A DNA stretch of 64,000 nt from Eledone cirrhosa (lineage: Eukaryota). The position numbers were made by a program, and so were the translations under genes. A model generated the notes under the pieces. The model did not search any database and had not been told where the DNA came from. It worked only from the letters and a program-made list of their open reading frames with translations. Shown piece by piece: positions 1 to 15,303 of the stretch (its first letter is position 1; the number at the start of each line of letters is the position of its first letter). Location: positions 14,136,001-14,200,000 of the forward strand of contig OZ024749.1 in assembly GCA_964016885.1 (NCBI GenBank), written 5' to 3'.

Positions 1-2640
1 CCGCTACATCTCTTGTGTACCCATTGTTTGCATTTGGGGCAGAGAATGGAGTTTCTACCTACACCTTTCCTACATACTGAGCAAGGCCATTTCCCTGAGG
101 GGATCTGGGTTCTGTTTTCTCGTCTACTTACAAGGACCTTAGTCTTTGTCATGTTGACTTTGAGGCCCTTTCTCTCTAGTCCCTGCTTCCAGGTTTGGAA
201 TTTATTCTCTAGTTCTACCATAGATTCAGCTATGAGTGCGAGGTCATCAGCATACAGGAGTTCCCATGGGCATCCGGTCTTAAACTCCTCCGTTATTGCC
301 TGCAGGACTATGATGAACAGGAGAGGGCTAAGAACAGAGCCCTGGTGGACCCCAACCTGTACGCTAAATTCCTCGCTATACTCATTGCCAATCCTAACTT
401 TGCTGACTGCTCCCCTATACATGGCTTGTACCGCTTTCACAAGCCATTCATCTACTCCTAGTTTTCTAAGAGCCCACCAGATTACTGCACGTGGAACTCT
501 GTCAAAGGCTTTCTCAAGGTCGACAAATGCCAAGTAGAGTGGCTTACTTTTAGCTAGGTACTTTTCCTGTAATTGCCTCACAAGGAAGAGGGCATCAGTG
601 GTGCCTTTCCCTGGTACAAACCCAAATTGCATCTCGTCTATATTCACCCGGTCCCTAATCAGCTGTGCTATAACTCTTTCTGTTACTTTCATGACCTGGT
701 CCATCAACTTTATACCTCTATAGTTTCCTCTATCTAGTGCATCGCCTTTACCTTTGTAGCAGTTGACAATGATGCTACTGCACCAATCTTTTGGTATGGC
801 CCCCTCTAGTATTACCTGGTTAACGATACGTGTGGTTATAGTGTGACCTACAGACCCAGATGCCTTCAGCATCTCGGCAGCTATACCCGATGGACCGGTT
901 GCCTTCCCTATCTTCATATCTCTGATTGCCTTACTTACTACGCTGCCGCTGACTTGTACTGCTGGTCCCTCTATAGGGTCTACGTGGGGTAGGGTCTCTT
1001 CTTCCCATGCATTCTCCTCATTTAGTAATCTATCATAATGACTCTTCCATGCATCTTTCTTCTCAGCACTTGTGAGGGCAAGCTCACCTTTATCATTCCG
1101 GATACACTTCTCTCCAATGACATCACAACTATCTCTGACACACTGCCTCGCAATCTTGAATACCTCCTGTTTCTGGTCCTCACGTTGTAAAACATGCTTG
1201 AATTTTCTATCCTCTGCTTCCCTCCTAGCTAAGTATACTTGTCGCCTAGCTTCCCTCTTGGTCTCTATGTAATGTACCCTGCTCCCCCCGTTCTTCCATT
1301 CTTTCCATGCCTGTCTCTTGGCCTTGACTGCTTCATCTACCTTATTGTTCCACCACCAAGTCACTCTCCTCCTGCTTGAGGTCTTACTCCAGCCACAAAC
1401 CTCATCCGTCGCCTCTAGTAAGTTATTTTTTAGGAACTCCCAGTTCTCTTCTACGTTAAATGTCTCTATCTGTTCTTCTTTACTGTCGTAGGCGTTGAGT
1501 AAAATATCTTTAAATCTGTTACTGGTTGAGGGGACTTTCAGCTTCCAGATCTTTCTTCTCCAGGTTGGCCTCTGTTTCAGGGCTCGTCTAGTTCTGACCG
1601 TGAGGTCGCTGACAACTAAGCTATGTTGGGATGTACATTCCTCACTAGGGAAGGCTTTTGTGTTTACGACCGTCCATCTGTCACGTCCTCTGATGAGGAT
1701 AAAATCTAACTGACTAGAGTGCTCCGGTGATCAGGTGGTTGTCGGGTTTTTTAAAGTTTGTGTTACATATCGACATGTCATTGGCGTCGCAGAATTCTAG
1801 AAGTCTGAATCCTTCCTCATTCCTTGTGCCAACTCCATGGCCTCCATGTACTCTATTGAAGCTGTCGCAGTGTTTACCTACGTGTCCGTTAAAATCTCCT
1901 GCAATGATTAGGAAGTCCTTGTCGTCTGTTAGAGCAGTAGTGTGTATTAGGGACTCGTAAAACCTATCCTTAAGTTCGTCTGGCAGCCCCGATTGGGGTG
2001 CGTAAGCTGATATTATTGTGGTAATTGTCTTATTCAGGACTAGTCTAAGTTTAATGATTCTTGCATTTACCCTGTACACTGAGATTACTTTATCTACCCA
2101 CTTGTCAGCTAATAGTATACCTACACCACCCATCCCATCGTCATTTCCCACCCAGAAAAATTTGTAGCACTGGCTTTTTCCTACAAGGACTCTAGCAGAC
2201 CCTCCTCTCCATCTAGTTTCTTGCACACAGCATACATCAACTTCCTTTCGCTCTAGCATTTCTACGATTTCTCCTGCTCTTCCTTTCATTGAGCCTACAT
2301 TGATGGTACCAACTCGGAGTTTTGGGCATTTGTCGACACTCGTAGGGGAGGGTCTCTGGGTTGGCGCTTCACGTGGGTGCTTGGTAGCTCGCAGATTCAT
2401 ATTTCATCTATTGATTCAGAGTTGCTCGTGTATTCCCAGCTCATCCATCCATAACGGTGGGAAAATTGAGGGCTAGAAGAACAGTGGTGGTGGGGTAATG
2501 GCAGGGTGTGTTGGGATGCGCCAGAGGAGGAGAGAGTTAGTTAGGCAGGTAGTAGCAGCAGCAGTGGAAATGGCATGCTAGGTTTGATTGGTCGAATAGA
2601 CTATGGTGGTGTGTGGGGGTGGGGGGGAGGGAAATTGTGA
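1..2640 (-). mobile_element. RTE-clade LINE copy 1 (APE endonuclease + RT + PHD finger), 3' end outside window
   Basis: ORF 2400-1714 has APE motifs (GTINVGSM, CVQETRW, SAYAPQ, GDFNGHVG). A small deletion near 1720 (LITGAL* versus LITYRSGEH in copy 2) shifts the frame. Translation then continues through MQFGFVPG, FVDLEKAFDRVP, GVHQGSVLSP, LLYADD and CSVC..CPKC..HKRC to base 1. Confidence 0.95.
1714..2400 (-). pseudogene. RTE ORF N-terminal apurinic-like endonuclease domain (frameshifted into RT portion 1-1713)
   Basis: Exo/endo/phosphatase motifs as above; frameshift near 1720. Confidence 0.9.
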
Positions 2641-5600
2641 GGTAGGAACTGAGGGTCGCATGGTAAATATCCAAGTTAATACTACATCAGTAAAATTAAC
2701 AATAATAACGTCATGAAAAAAACTACTAAGAGAAACCCTAGAAAATTTATCGCTAATACAGCAGGGAAAATTTAACGCTAATACAGCAGGGAACATCATA
2801 ATATTAACGACAATATGTAGGCTAAAATACCTTCGTAGATTAGATGGATGGCTGGAATAATTGGAGTCAGCTCTAGTGATACATTTTAGCAGAGAAGAAT
2901 GGGAAAGTATCTTATCTCTTCAATATTTTCAGATTGAATGAATTAGGTTAAAGACAGGGTAGTAAGCCTTAAAGAAGTGCATAGAGAGGGGGGGTAGGAA
3001 CTGAGGGTCGCATGGTAAATAACTGAGAGAGATACAATAGGATTAGAATACCGCATGGTAAATATCCAAGTTAATACTACATCAGTAAAATTAACAATAA
3101 TAACGTCATGAAAAAAACTACTAAGAGAAACCCTAGAAAATTTATCGCTAATACAGCAGGGAAAATTTAACGCTAATACAGCAGGGAACATCATAATATT
3201 AACGGCAATATGTAGGCTAAAATACCTTCGTAGATTAGATGGATGGCTGGAATAATTGGAGTCAGCTCTAGTGATACATTTTAGCAGAGAAGAATGGGAA
3301 AGTATCTTATCTCTTCAATATTTTCAGATTGAATGAATTAGGTTAAAGACAGGGTAGTAAGCCTTAAAGAAGTGCATAGAGAGGGGGGGTAGGAACTGAG
3401 GGTCGCATGGTAAATAACTGAGAGAGATACAATAGGATTAGAATACCGCATGGTAAATATCCAAGTTAATACTACATCAGTAAAATTAACAATAATAACG
3501 TCATGAAAAAAACTACTAAGAGAAACCCTAGAAAATTTATCGCTAATACAGCAGGGAAAATTTAACGCTAATACAGCAGGGAACATCATAATATTAACGA
3601 CAATATGTAGGCTAAAATACCTTCGTAGATTAGATGGATGGCTGGAATAATTGGAGTCAGCTCTAGTGATACATTTTAGCAGAGAAGAATGGGAAAGTAT
3701 CTTATCTCTTCAATATTTTCAGATTGAATGAATTAGGTTAAAGACAGGGTAGTAAGCCTTAAAGAAGTGCATAGAGAGGGGGGGTAGGAACTGAGGGTCG
3801 CATGGTAAATAACTGAGAGAGATACAATAGGATTAGAATACCGCATGGTAAATATCCAAGTTAATACTACATCAGTAAAATTAACAATAATAACGTCATG
3901 AAAAAAACTACTAAGAGAAACCCTAGAAAATTTATCGCTAATACAGCAGGGAAAATTTAACGCTAATACAGCAGGGAACATCATAATATTAACGACAATA
4001 TGTAGGCTAAAATACCTTCGTAGATTAGATGGATGGCTGGAATAATTGGAGTCAGCTCTAGTGATACATTTTAGCAGAGAAGAATGGGAAAGTATCTTAT
4101 CTCTTCAATATTTTCAGATTGAATGAATTAGGTTAAAGACAGGGTAGTAAGCCTTAAAGAAGTGCATAGAGAGGGGGGGGGGGGGTAGGAACTGAGGGTC
4201 GCATGGTAAATAACTGAGAGAGATACAATAGGATTAGAATACCGCATGGTAAATATCCAAGTTAATACTACATCAGTAAAATTAACAATAATAACGTCAT
4301 GAAAAAAACTACTAAGAGAAACCCTAGAAAATTTATCGCTAATACAGCAGGGAAAATTTAACGCTAATACAGCAGGGAACATCATAATATTAACGACAAT
4401 ATGTAGGCTAAAATACCTTCGTAGATTAGATGGATGGCTGGAATAATTGGAGTCAGCTCTAGTGATACATTTTAGCAGAGAAGAATGGGAAAGTATCTTA
4501 TCTCTTCAATATTTTCAGATTGAATGAATTAGGTTAAAGACAGGGTAGTAAGCCTTAAAGAAGTGCATAGAGAGGGGGGGTAGGAACTGAGGGTCGCATG
4601 GTAAATAACTGAGAGAGATACAATAGGATTAGAATACCGCATGGTAAATATCCAAGTTAATACTACATCAGTAAAATTAACAATAATAACGTCATGAAAA
4701 AAACTACTAAGAGAAACCCTAGAAAATTTATCGCTAATACAGCAGGGAAAATTTAACGCTAATACAGCAGGGAACATCATAATATTAACGACAATATGTA
4801 GGCTAAAATACCTTCGTAGATTAGATGGATGGCTGGAATAATTGGAGTCAGCTCTAGTGATACATTTTAGCAGAGAAGAATGGGAAAGTATCTTATCTCT
4901 TCAATATTTTCAGATTGAATGAATTAGGTTAAAGACAGGGTAGTAAGCCTTAAAGAAGTGCATAGAGAGGGGGGGTAGGAACTGAGGGTCGCATGGTAAA
5001 TATCCAAGTTAATACTACATCAGTAAAATTAACAATAATAACGTCATGAAAAAAACTACTAAGAGAAACCCTAGAAAATTTATCGCTAATACAGCAGGGA
5101 AAATTTAACGCTAATACAGCAGGGAACATCATAATATTAACGACAATATGTAGGCTAAAATACCTTCGTAGATTAGATGGATGGCTGGAATAATTGGAGT
5201 CAGCTCTAGTGATACATTTTAGCAGAGAAGAATGGGAAAGTATCTTATCTCTTCAATATTTTCAGATTGAATGAATTAGGTTAAAGACAGGGTAGTAAGC
5301 CTTAAAGAAGTGCATAGAGAGGGGGGTAGGAACTGAGGGTCGCATGGTAAATAACTGAGAGAGATACAATAGGATTAGAATACCGCATGGTAAATATCCA
5401 AGTTAATACTACATCAGTAAAATTAACAATAATAACGTCATGAAAAAAACTACTAAGAGAAACCCTAGAAAATTTATCGCTAATACAGCAGGGAAAATTT
5501 AACGCTAATACAGCAGGGAACATCATAATATTAACGACAATATGTAGGCTAAAATACCTTCGTAGATTAGATGGATGGCTGGAATAATTGGAGTCAGCTC

Positions 5601-8600
5601 TAGTGATACATTTTAGCAGAGAAGAATGGGAAAGTATCTTATCTCTTCAATATTTTCAGATTGAATGAATTAGGTTAAAGACAGGGTAGTAAGCCTTAAA
5701 GAAGTGCATAGAGAGGGGGGTAGGAACTGAGGGTCGCATGGTAAATATCCAAGTTAATACTACATCAGTAAAATTAACAATAATAACGTCATGAAAAAAA
5801 CTACTAAGAGAAACCCTAGAAAATTTATCGCTAATACAGCAGGGAAAATTTAACGCTAATACAGCAGGGAACATCATAATATTAACGACAATATGTAGGC
5901 TAAAATACCTTCGTAGATTAGATGGATGGCTGGAATAATTGGAGTCAGCTCTAGTGATACATTTTAGCAGAGAAGAATGGGAAAGTATCTTATCTCTTCA
6001 ATATTTTCAGATTGAATGAATTAGGTTAAAGACAGGGTAGTAAGCCTTAAAGAAGTGCATAGAGAGGGGGGGGTAGGAACTGAGGGTCGCATGGTAAATA
6101 ACTGAGAGAGATACAATAGGATTAGAATACCGCATGGTAAATATCCAAGTTAATACTACATCAGTAAAATTAACAATAATAACGTCATGAAAAAAACTAC
6201 TAAGAGAAACCCTAGAAAATTTATCGCTAATACAGCAGGGAAAATTTAACGCTAATACAGCAGGGAACATCATAATATTAACGGCAATATGTAGGCTAAA
6301 ATACCTTCGTAGATTAGATGGATGGCTGGAATAATTGGAGTCAGCTCTAGTGATACATTTTAGCAGAGAAGAATGGGAAAGTATCTTATCTCTTCAATAT
6401 TTTCAGATTGAATGAATTAGGTTAAAGACAGGGTAGTAAGCCTTAAAGAAGTGCATAGAGAGGGGGGGTAGGAACTGAGGGTCGCATGGTAAATAACTGA
6501 GAGAGATACAATAGGATTAGAATACCGCATGGTAAATATCCAAGTTAATACTACATCAGTAAAATTAACAATAATAACGTCATGAAAAAAACTACTAAGA
6601 GAAACCCTAGAAAATTTATCGCTAATACAGCAGGGAAAATTTAACGCTAATACAGCAGGGAACATCATAATATTAACGACAATATGTAGGCTAAAATACC
6701 TTCGTAGATTAGATGGATGGCTGGAATAATTGGAGTCAGCTCTAGTGATACATTTTAGCAGAGAAGAATGGGAAAGTATCTTATCTCTTCAATATTTTCA
6801 GATTGAATGAATTAGGTTAAAGACAGGGTAGTAAGCCTTAAAGAAGTGCATAGAGAGGGGGGGTAGGAACTGAGGGTCGCATGGTAAATAACTGAGAGAG
6901 ATACAATAGGATTAGAATACCGCATGGTAAATATCCAAGTTAATACTACATCAGTAAAATTAACAATAATAACGTCATGAAAAAAACTACTAAGAGAAAC
7001 CCTAGAAAATTTATCGCTAATACAGCAGGGAAAATTTAACGCTAATACAGCAGGGAACATCATAATATTAACGACAATATGTAGGCTAAAATACCTTCGT
7101 AGATTAGATGGATGGCTGGAATAATTGGAGTCAGCTCTAGTGATACATTTTAGCAGAGAAGAATGGGAAAGTATCTTATCTCTTCAATATTTTCAGATTG
7201 AATGAATTAGGTTAAAGACAGGGTAGTAAGCCTTAAAGAAGTGCATAGAGAGGGGGGGGGGGGTAGGAACTGAGGGTCGCATGGTAAATAACTGAGAGAG
7301 ATACAATAGGATTAGAATACCGCATGGTAAATATCCAAGTTAATACTACATCAGTAAAATTAACAATAATAACGTCATGAAAAAAACTACTAAGAGAAAC
7401 CCTAGAAAATTTATCGCTAATACAGCAGGGAAAATTTAACGCTAATACAGCAGGGAACATCATAATATTAACGACAATATGTAGGCTAAAATACCTTCGT
7501 AGATTAGATGGATGGCTGGAATAATTGGAGTCAGCTCTAGTGATACATTTTAGCAGAGAAGAATGGGAAAGTATCTTATCTCTTCAATATTTTCAGATTG
7601 AATGAATTAGGTTAAAGACAGGGTAGTAAGCCTTAAAGAAGTGCATAGAGAGGGGGGGTAGGAACTGAGGGTCGCATGGTAAATAACTGAGAGAGATACA
7701 ATAGGATTAGAATACCGCATGGTAAATATCCAAGTTAATACTACATCAGTAAAATTAACAATAATAACGTCATGAAAAAAACTACTAAGAGAAACCCTAG
7801 AAAATTTATCGCTAATACAGCAGGGAAAATTTAACGCTAATACAGCAGGGAACATCATAATATTAACGACAATATGTAGGCTAAAATACCTTCGTAGATT
7901 AGATGGATGGCTGGAATAATTGGAGTCAGCTCTAGTGATACATTTTAGCAGAGAAGAATGGGAAAGTATCTTATCTCTTCAATATTTTCAGATTGAATGA
8001 ATTAGGTTAAAGACAGGGTAGTAAGCCTTAAAGAAGTGCATAGAGAGGGGGGGTAGGAACTGAGGGTCGCATGGTAAATATCCAAGTTAATACTACATCA
8101 GTAAAATTAACAATAATAACGTCATGAAAAAAACTACTAAGAGAAACCCTAGAAAATTTATCGCTAATACAGCAGGGAAAATTTAACGCTAATACAGCAG
8201 GGAACATCATAATATTAACGACAATATGTAGGCTAAAATACCTTCGTAGATTAGATGGATGGCTGGAATAATTGGAGTCAGCTCTAGTGATACATTTTAG
8301 CAGAGAAGAATGGGAAAGTATCTTATCTCTTCAATATTTTCAGATTGAATGAATTAGGTTAAAGACAGGGTAGTAAGCCTTAAAGAAGTGCATAGAGAGG
8401 GGGGTAGGAACTGAGGGTCGCATGGTAAATAACTGAGAGAGATACAATAGGATTAGAATACCGCATGGTAAATATCCAAGTTAATACTACATCAGTAAAA
8501 TTAACAATAATAACGTCATGAAAAAAACTACTAAGAGAAACCCTAGAAAATTTATCGCTAATACAGCAGGGAAAATTTAACGCTAATACAGCAGGGAACA

Positions 8601-10297
8601 TCATAATATTAACGACAATATGTAGGCTAAAATACCTTCGTAGATTAGATGGATGGCTGGAATAATTGGAGTCAGCTCTAGTGATACATTTTAGCAGAGA
8701 AGAATGGGAAAGTATCTTATCTCTTCAATATTTTCAGATTGAATGAATTAGGTTAAAGACAGGGTAGTAAGCCTTAAAGAAGTGCATAGAGAGGGGGGTA
8801 GGAACTGAGGGTCGCATGGTAAATATCCAAGTTAATACTACATCAGTAAAATTAACAATAATAACGTCATGAAAAAAACTACTAAGAGAAACCCTAGAAA
8901 ATTTATCGCTAATACAGCAGGGAAAATTTAACGCTAATACAGCAGGGAACATCATAATATTAACGACAATATGTAGGCTAAAATACCTTCGTAGATTAGA
9001 TGGATGGCTGGAATAATTGGAGTCAGCTCTAGTGATACATTTTAGCAGAGAAGAATGGGAAAGTATCTTATCTCTTCAATATTTTCAGATTGAATGAATT
9101 AGGTTAAAGACAGGGTAGTAAGCCTTAAAGAAGTGCATAGAGAGGGGGGGGGGTAGGAACTGAGGGTCGCATGGTAAATAACTGAGAGAGATACAATAGG
9201 ATTAGAATACCGCATGGTAAATATCCAAGTTAATACTACATCAGTAAAATTAACAATAATAACGTCATGAAAAAAACTACTAAGAGAAACCCTAGAAAAT
9301 TTATCGCTAATACAGCAGGGAAAATTTAACGCTAATACAGCAGGGAACATCATAATATTAACGGCAATATGTAGGCTAAAATACCTTCGTAGATTAGATG
9401 GATGGCTGGAATAATTGGAGTCAGCTCTAGTGATACATTTTAGCAGAGAAGAATGGGAAAGTATCTTATCTCTTCAATATTTTCAGATTGAATGAATTAG
9501 GTTAAAGACAGGGTAGTAAGCCTTAAAGAAGTGCATAGAGAGGGGGGGTAGGAACTGAGGGTCGCATGGTAAATAACTGAGAGAGATACAATAGGATTAG
9601 AATACCGCATGGTAAATATCCAAGTTAATACTACATCAGTAAAATTAACAATAATAACGTCATGAAAAAAACTACTAAGAGAAACCCTAGAAAATTTATC
9701 GCTAATACAGCAGGGAAAATTTAACGCTAATACAGCAGGGAACATCATAATATTAACGACAATATGTAGGCTAAAATACCTTCGTAGATTAGATGGATGG
9801 CTGGAATAATTGGAGTCAGCTCTAGTGATACATTTTAGCAGAGAAGAATGGGAAAGTATCTTATCTCTTCAATATTTTCAGATTGAATGAATTAGGTTAA
9901 AGACAGGGTAGTAAGCCTTAAAGAAGTGCATAGAGAGGGGGGGGGGGTAGGAACTGAGGGTCGCATGGTAAATAACTGAGAGAGATACAATAGGATTAGA
10001 ATACCGCATGGTAAATATCCAAGTTAATACTACATCAGTAAAATTAACAATAATAACGTCATGAAAAAAACTACTAAGAGAAACCCTAGAAAATTTATCG
10101 CTAATACAGCAGGGAAAATTTAACGCTAATACAGCAGGGAACATCATAATATTAACGACAATATGTAGGCTAAAATACCTTCGTAGATTAGATGGATGGC
10201 TGGAATAATTGGAGTCAGCTCTAGTGATACATTTTAGCAGAGAAGAATGGGAAAGTATCTTATCTCTTCAATATTTTCAGATTGAATGAATTAGGTT
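2640..10297. repeat. Tandem array, 20 near-identical units of ~395 bp (long) or ~352 bp (short), organised as an 8-unit ~3.08-kb higher-order repeat
   Basis: The same short ORF start (MMFPAVL...) recurs 20 times. Short units lack the ~42-bp segment between two CGCATGGTAAAT direct repeats. The long/short pattern, the aacGgc variant and the long G-runs recur at ~3079-bp spacing. Confidence 0.97.
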
Positions 10298-10393
10298 ATA
10301 TATATATGTATATATATATGTATATATATATTTATATATACGTATATATATATGTATATGTATATATATGTATGTATATATATGTATATATAT

Positions 10394-12487
10394 AACTTTG
10401 AATAACTTTGAAATGTTTTGGCCAGTATTGGCCCAGGCCATGTCTAACTTAATAGCACCACCTGGCGAAGTCTTTCAATTCAGGATTTGGGCACCATGGC
10501 CCATTCGAGAAGAGAATTACTGTTTGCGGAGACATATCCGGGTGTGGGTGGTTTGTCCGGGATTACTTGGAGGAATTTGTCCAAAGACTTCTTGAATTTT
10601 GTGTGGTCAGTTACTGTTTTGACGTGTCCTGGTGTGATGTTGAAGAGAGCAGGGCCGATTGAGGTGAAATAATTGTGCCGTATTGTTGTTATGAGTTGCG
10701 ATTTAGATTTTTGAATGGGACGGATAGCACGGGGCCCAAGCCTTGGGTGTATCTTGAAGGCGATGCCAACATCATTTGGGCAGTGATGATGGAACATTTT
10801 CCACATCATGCAGATAATATAACGCTCACGGCGACGTTGGAGTGAGTAAAGTTTCAGGTTTTCTAATCGACCCCAGTAGTCAAGGTCTGACATGCCATCT
10901 ATCTTTTTCGTGATTGCCCTTTGAGGAGCTTCAAGTATCATGATACTTTGTTTCGTGTGGGGAGACCACAGTGGACAACAGTATTCAAGGTATGGTCGGG
11001 CGAAAGTAGAGAAGAGAAGGATAATGGTGCGAGAATCTCTCGACTGGAAGGTTCTGAGGATCCAGGAACACATTCTGCGGGCCATGTCAACTTTGCTGCT
11101 TATATGCGTGGTCCAGCTTATGTTGCTGTCCACGGTTACTCCCAAGTCTCTGATGTTGTTAGATGCCACGAGAGTTTCCCCGGAGGGAAGGGAGTACGGG
11201 AGTTTCAGAGCATCCTCTTTTCCAAAGTGGATCAGTTCGAATTTGTCTTCGTTCAGTAACATGTTGTTCTTTTCTGCCCATTGGGTAACAGCCAGTAGGT
11301 CTGACTGAAGGCTTATCCCGTCATCCACGCCATTGATGACCTTTTGGAGCTTGGAATCATCAGCGAAAATTTTAATGTTGCTGTGTTTGATGATGTCAGT
11401 GATGTCATTAATATAGATGATGAAGAGAAGTGGGCCCAACACAGTGCCTTGTGGGACCCCACTACTGACTTTGGCTGGGCTTGATTTGACTCCCTCAACT
11501 ACAACATGTTGGGTTCTGTTTGACAGGAAGCTCTTGATCCACTGCAGCAGCTTTCCAGTGACACCAATATTGGACAGCTTTCTCAGTAGAATGTTATGAT
11601 CAACCCTGTCAAAGGCCTTGCTGAAATCAAGGTAGATAACATCAGTGTTGGAACCCTCTCCCAAGGCTCTCAAAATGTCATCAAAGTGATGCAGTAGCTG
11701 CGTCAGGCAATCCCTTCCATTACGGAATCCATGCTGGTTGGAGTTCAGCATATTGTTACTCTCAAGGAAGTGGGTCATTCGCGATCTCACCACTCGCTCA
11801 AATACCTTAATGATATGAGAGGTGAGTGAGATTGGACGGTAATTCACGGCAAGGGATTTGTTTCCCTTTTTGAAAACTGGGACAACAGACTGGGATAGAA
11901 GGTTTTCTGGCACATATCCAGCATCCAGTGAGTTCCGCCACAGATTGGCAAGAGGAGATGCAAGTTGGTGTTGACACGCCTTCAAGACACAAGCAGGGAA
12001 CCTATCGGGACCTACTGCTGAATTATGCTTGATTTCCTTTATTGCCGCCAAGACATCAGGGGCGCCAAACGTTATGTCCGATAAGGTGTAATGGGGAGTA
12101 ACATCGCCGATACAGCCCAGATCGGCCATATCAGGATTGCTGAAAACAGAGCAGTATTGTTTCTGCAGTATCTCACCCATGGTTTTAGCATTGTCTTGAA
12201 GAGTGCCATTTTCATCAATTAGAGGGCCAACAGTAGAACCAGTGATTTTGTGTTTTTTTGCAAATGAAAAGAACACTTTGGGATTGAGTTTGATCTTCTC
12301 AATGGCCCAGTCCTCTTCAGCTCTTCTCTGATTGTTGATGAGGGACATTATGTTGTTTTGGAGGTTATGTTTTTTAATCTCTAGTGATGAAATGGCAGTC
12401 AAGTTGATGTGTTGCTGCTGACAGTATTTCAGCTTGTTGATTTTTTTGTTCGTTCTCTTAATTTTTCTGATGAGTGTTTTTCTATTT

Positions 12488-12490
<3 letters not shown>
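10394..12490 (-). mobile_element. CR1-group LINE copy A, 5'-truncated, RT region intact
   Basis: 640-aa ORF with [45 protein letters not shown] and [10 protein letters not shown]; both ends abut TA tracts; near-identical to 29510-31590. Confidence 0.95.
10480..12402 (-). CDS. LINE ORF2 reverse transcriptase (N-terminally truncated)
   Basis: Uninterrupted RT motifs 1-7 and C-terminal region. Confidence 0.88.
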   Translation of the reverse strand: MTAISSLEIKKHNLQNNIMSLINNQRRAEEDWAIEKIKLNPKVFFSFAKKHKITGSTVGPLIDENGTLQDNAKTMGEILQKQYCSVFSNPDMADLGCIGDVTPHYTLSDITFGAPDVLAAIKEIKHNSAVGPDRFPACVLKACQHQLASPLANLWRNSLDAGYVPENLLSQSVVPVFKKGNKSLAVNYRPISLTSHIIKVFERVVRSRMTHFLESNNMLNSNQHGFRNGRDCLTQLLHHFDDILRALGEGSNTDVIYLDFSKAFDRVDHNILLRKLSNIGVTGKLLQWIKSFLSNRTQHVVVEGVKSSPAKVSSGVPQGTVLGPLLFIIYINDITDIIKHSNIKIFADDSKLQKVINGVDDGISLQSDLLAVTQWAEKNNMLLNEDKFELIHFGKEDALKLPYSLPSGETLVASNNIRDLGVTVDSNISWTTHISSKVDMARRMCSWILRTFQSRDSRTIILLFSTFARPYLEYCCPLWSPHTKQSIMILEAPQRAITKKIDGMSDLDYWGRLENLKLYSLQRRRERYIICMMWKMFHHHCPNDVGIAFKIHPRLGPRAIRPIQKSKSQLITTIRHNYFTSIGPALFNITPGHVKTVTDHTKFKKSLDKFLQVIPDKPPTPGYVSANSNSLLEWAMVPKS

Positions 12491-14460
<1,970 letters not shown>

Positions 14461-15026
14461 TGTAGGAGGTGAGTTTTATTGTAGTACAATAAAGCAATGC
14501 AGATATCGGATAAGAAGCACTCTACAGTTTGTAGGACTGGAGTATACATAATATATAAGATCAAAAGATGGTTAATTTTCAAATTTCCATAATACTTGTA
14601 AACATACACACTTTTTGACGTTAGAATATCCATCCGCAATTCATTATTCTATTCTCTCTATCATCAAACTTTTTAATCTCAATACATATTAACTCCCTCT
14701 CCTTCTTCGTACATATTTTTCCCTTCGTTAATTTTCAAATTCTTTTAATTTATACATTATCTTCCAACGGTTTTCAACCTCTCTGTGTAAAACAATATAT
14801 CTTTCTCAGTTATAAAAACTATCTCTTTCTCTCTATCACCCATCTCTCCCTCTCCACCTTCACTCTCATCTCCTCCCCCTTTTTTTTTCATCCTCCCCCC
14901 CCCCCATCCCCTCTCTAAATAAAATATTTTTCCCAATATCACACATCAATCTAAAACTACTTCTCATATGTTGATTTAAAACTGCACTATCCACAAGTGT
15001 TTTTTAGCCTTCATATCATGTCCTCC

Positions 15027-15097
15027 TGTTTTATCTGATGAAAACACAAATATTATTGCATGATGATGTTTGTTTTTGAAATGCGCATAATAAAATA
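15027..15097 (+). ncRNA. Type I hammerhead ribozyme (minimal, PLE-type) in 5' pseudo-LTR
   Basis: Stem I TGTTTTAT/ATAAAATA, core CTGATGA 15035-15041, long stem II, GAAA 15078-15081, palindromic stem III ATGCGCAT, AUA cleavage triplet. Confidence 0.85.
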
Positions 15098-15303
15098 CAT
15101 GGAACTCCTTTAACCATCTTTTGATCTTATATATTATGTATACTCCAGTCCTACAAACTGTAGAGTGCTTCTTATCCGATATCTGCATTGCTTTATTGTA
15201 CTACAATAAAACTCACCTCCTACATTAACTTGCTCCTTAACGGTTGAGCGCTTACTCTCATATTGGATACCTTCTGATGGTCTTTTACTTCTTCTTCTAC
15301 AAC

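Noticed and set aside
2578-10147. Twenty MMFPAVL... ORFs as a small-protein gene cluster
   Set aside because: One per satellite monomer; C-termini shift with G-run length; no domain or splice evidence
2640-10297. CRISPR-like array next to an RT
   Set aside because: Units are wholly repeated with no unique spacers, no cas genes, and the context is eukaryotic; I also found no hammerhead core or tRNA/5S/snRNA motif in the monomer
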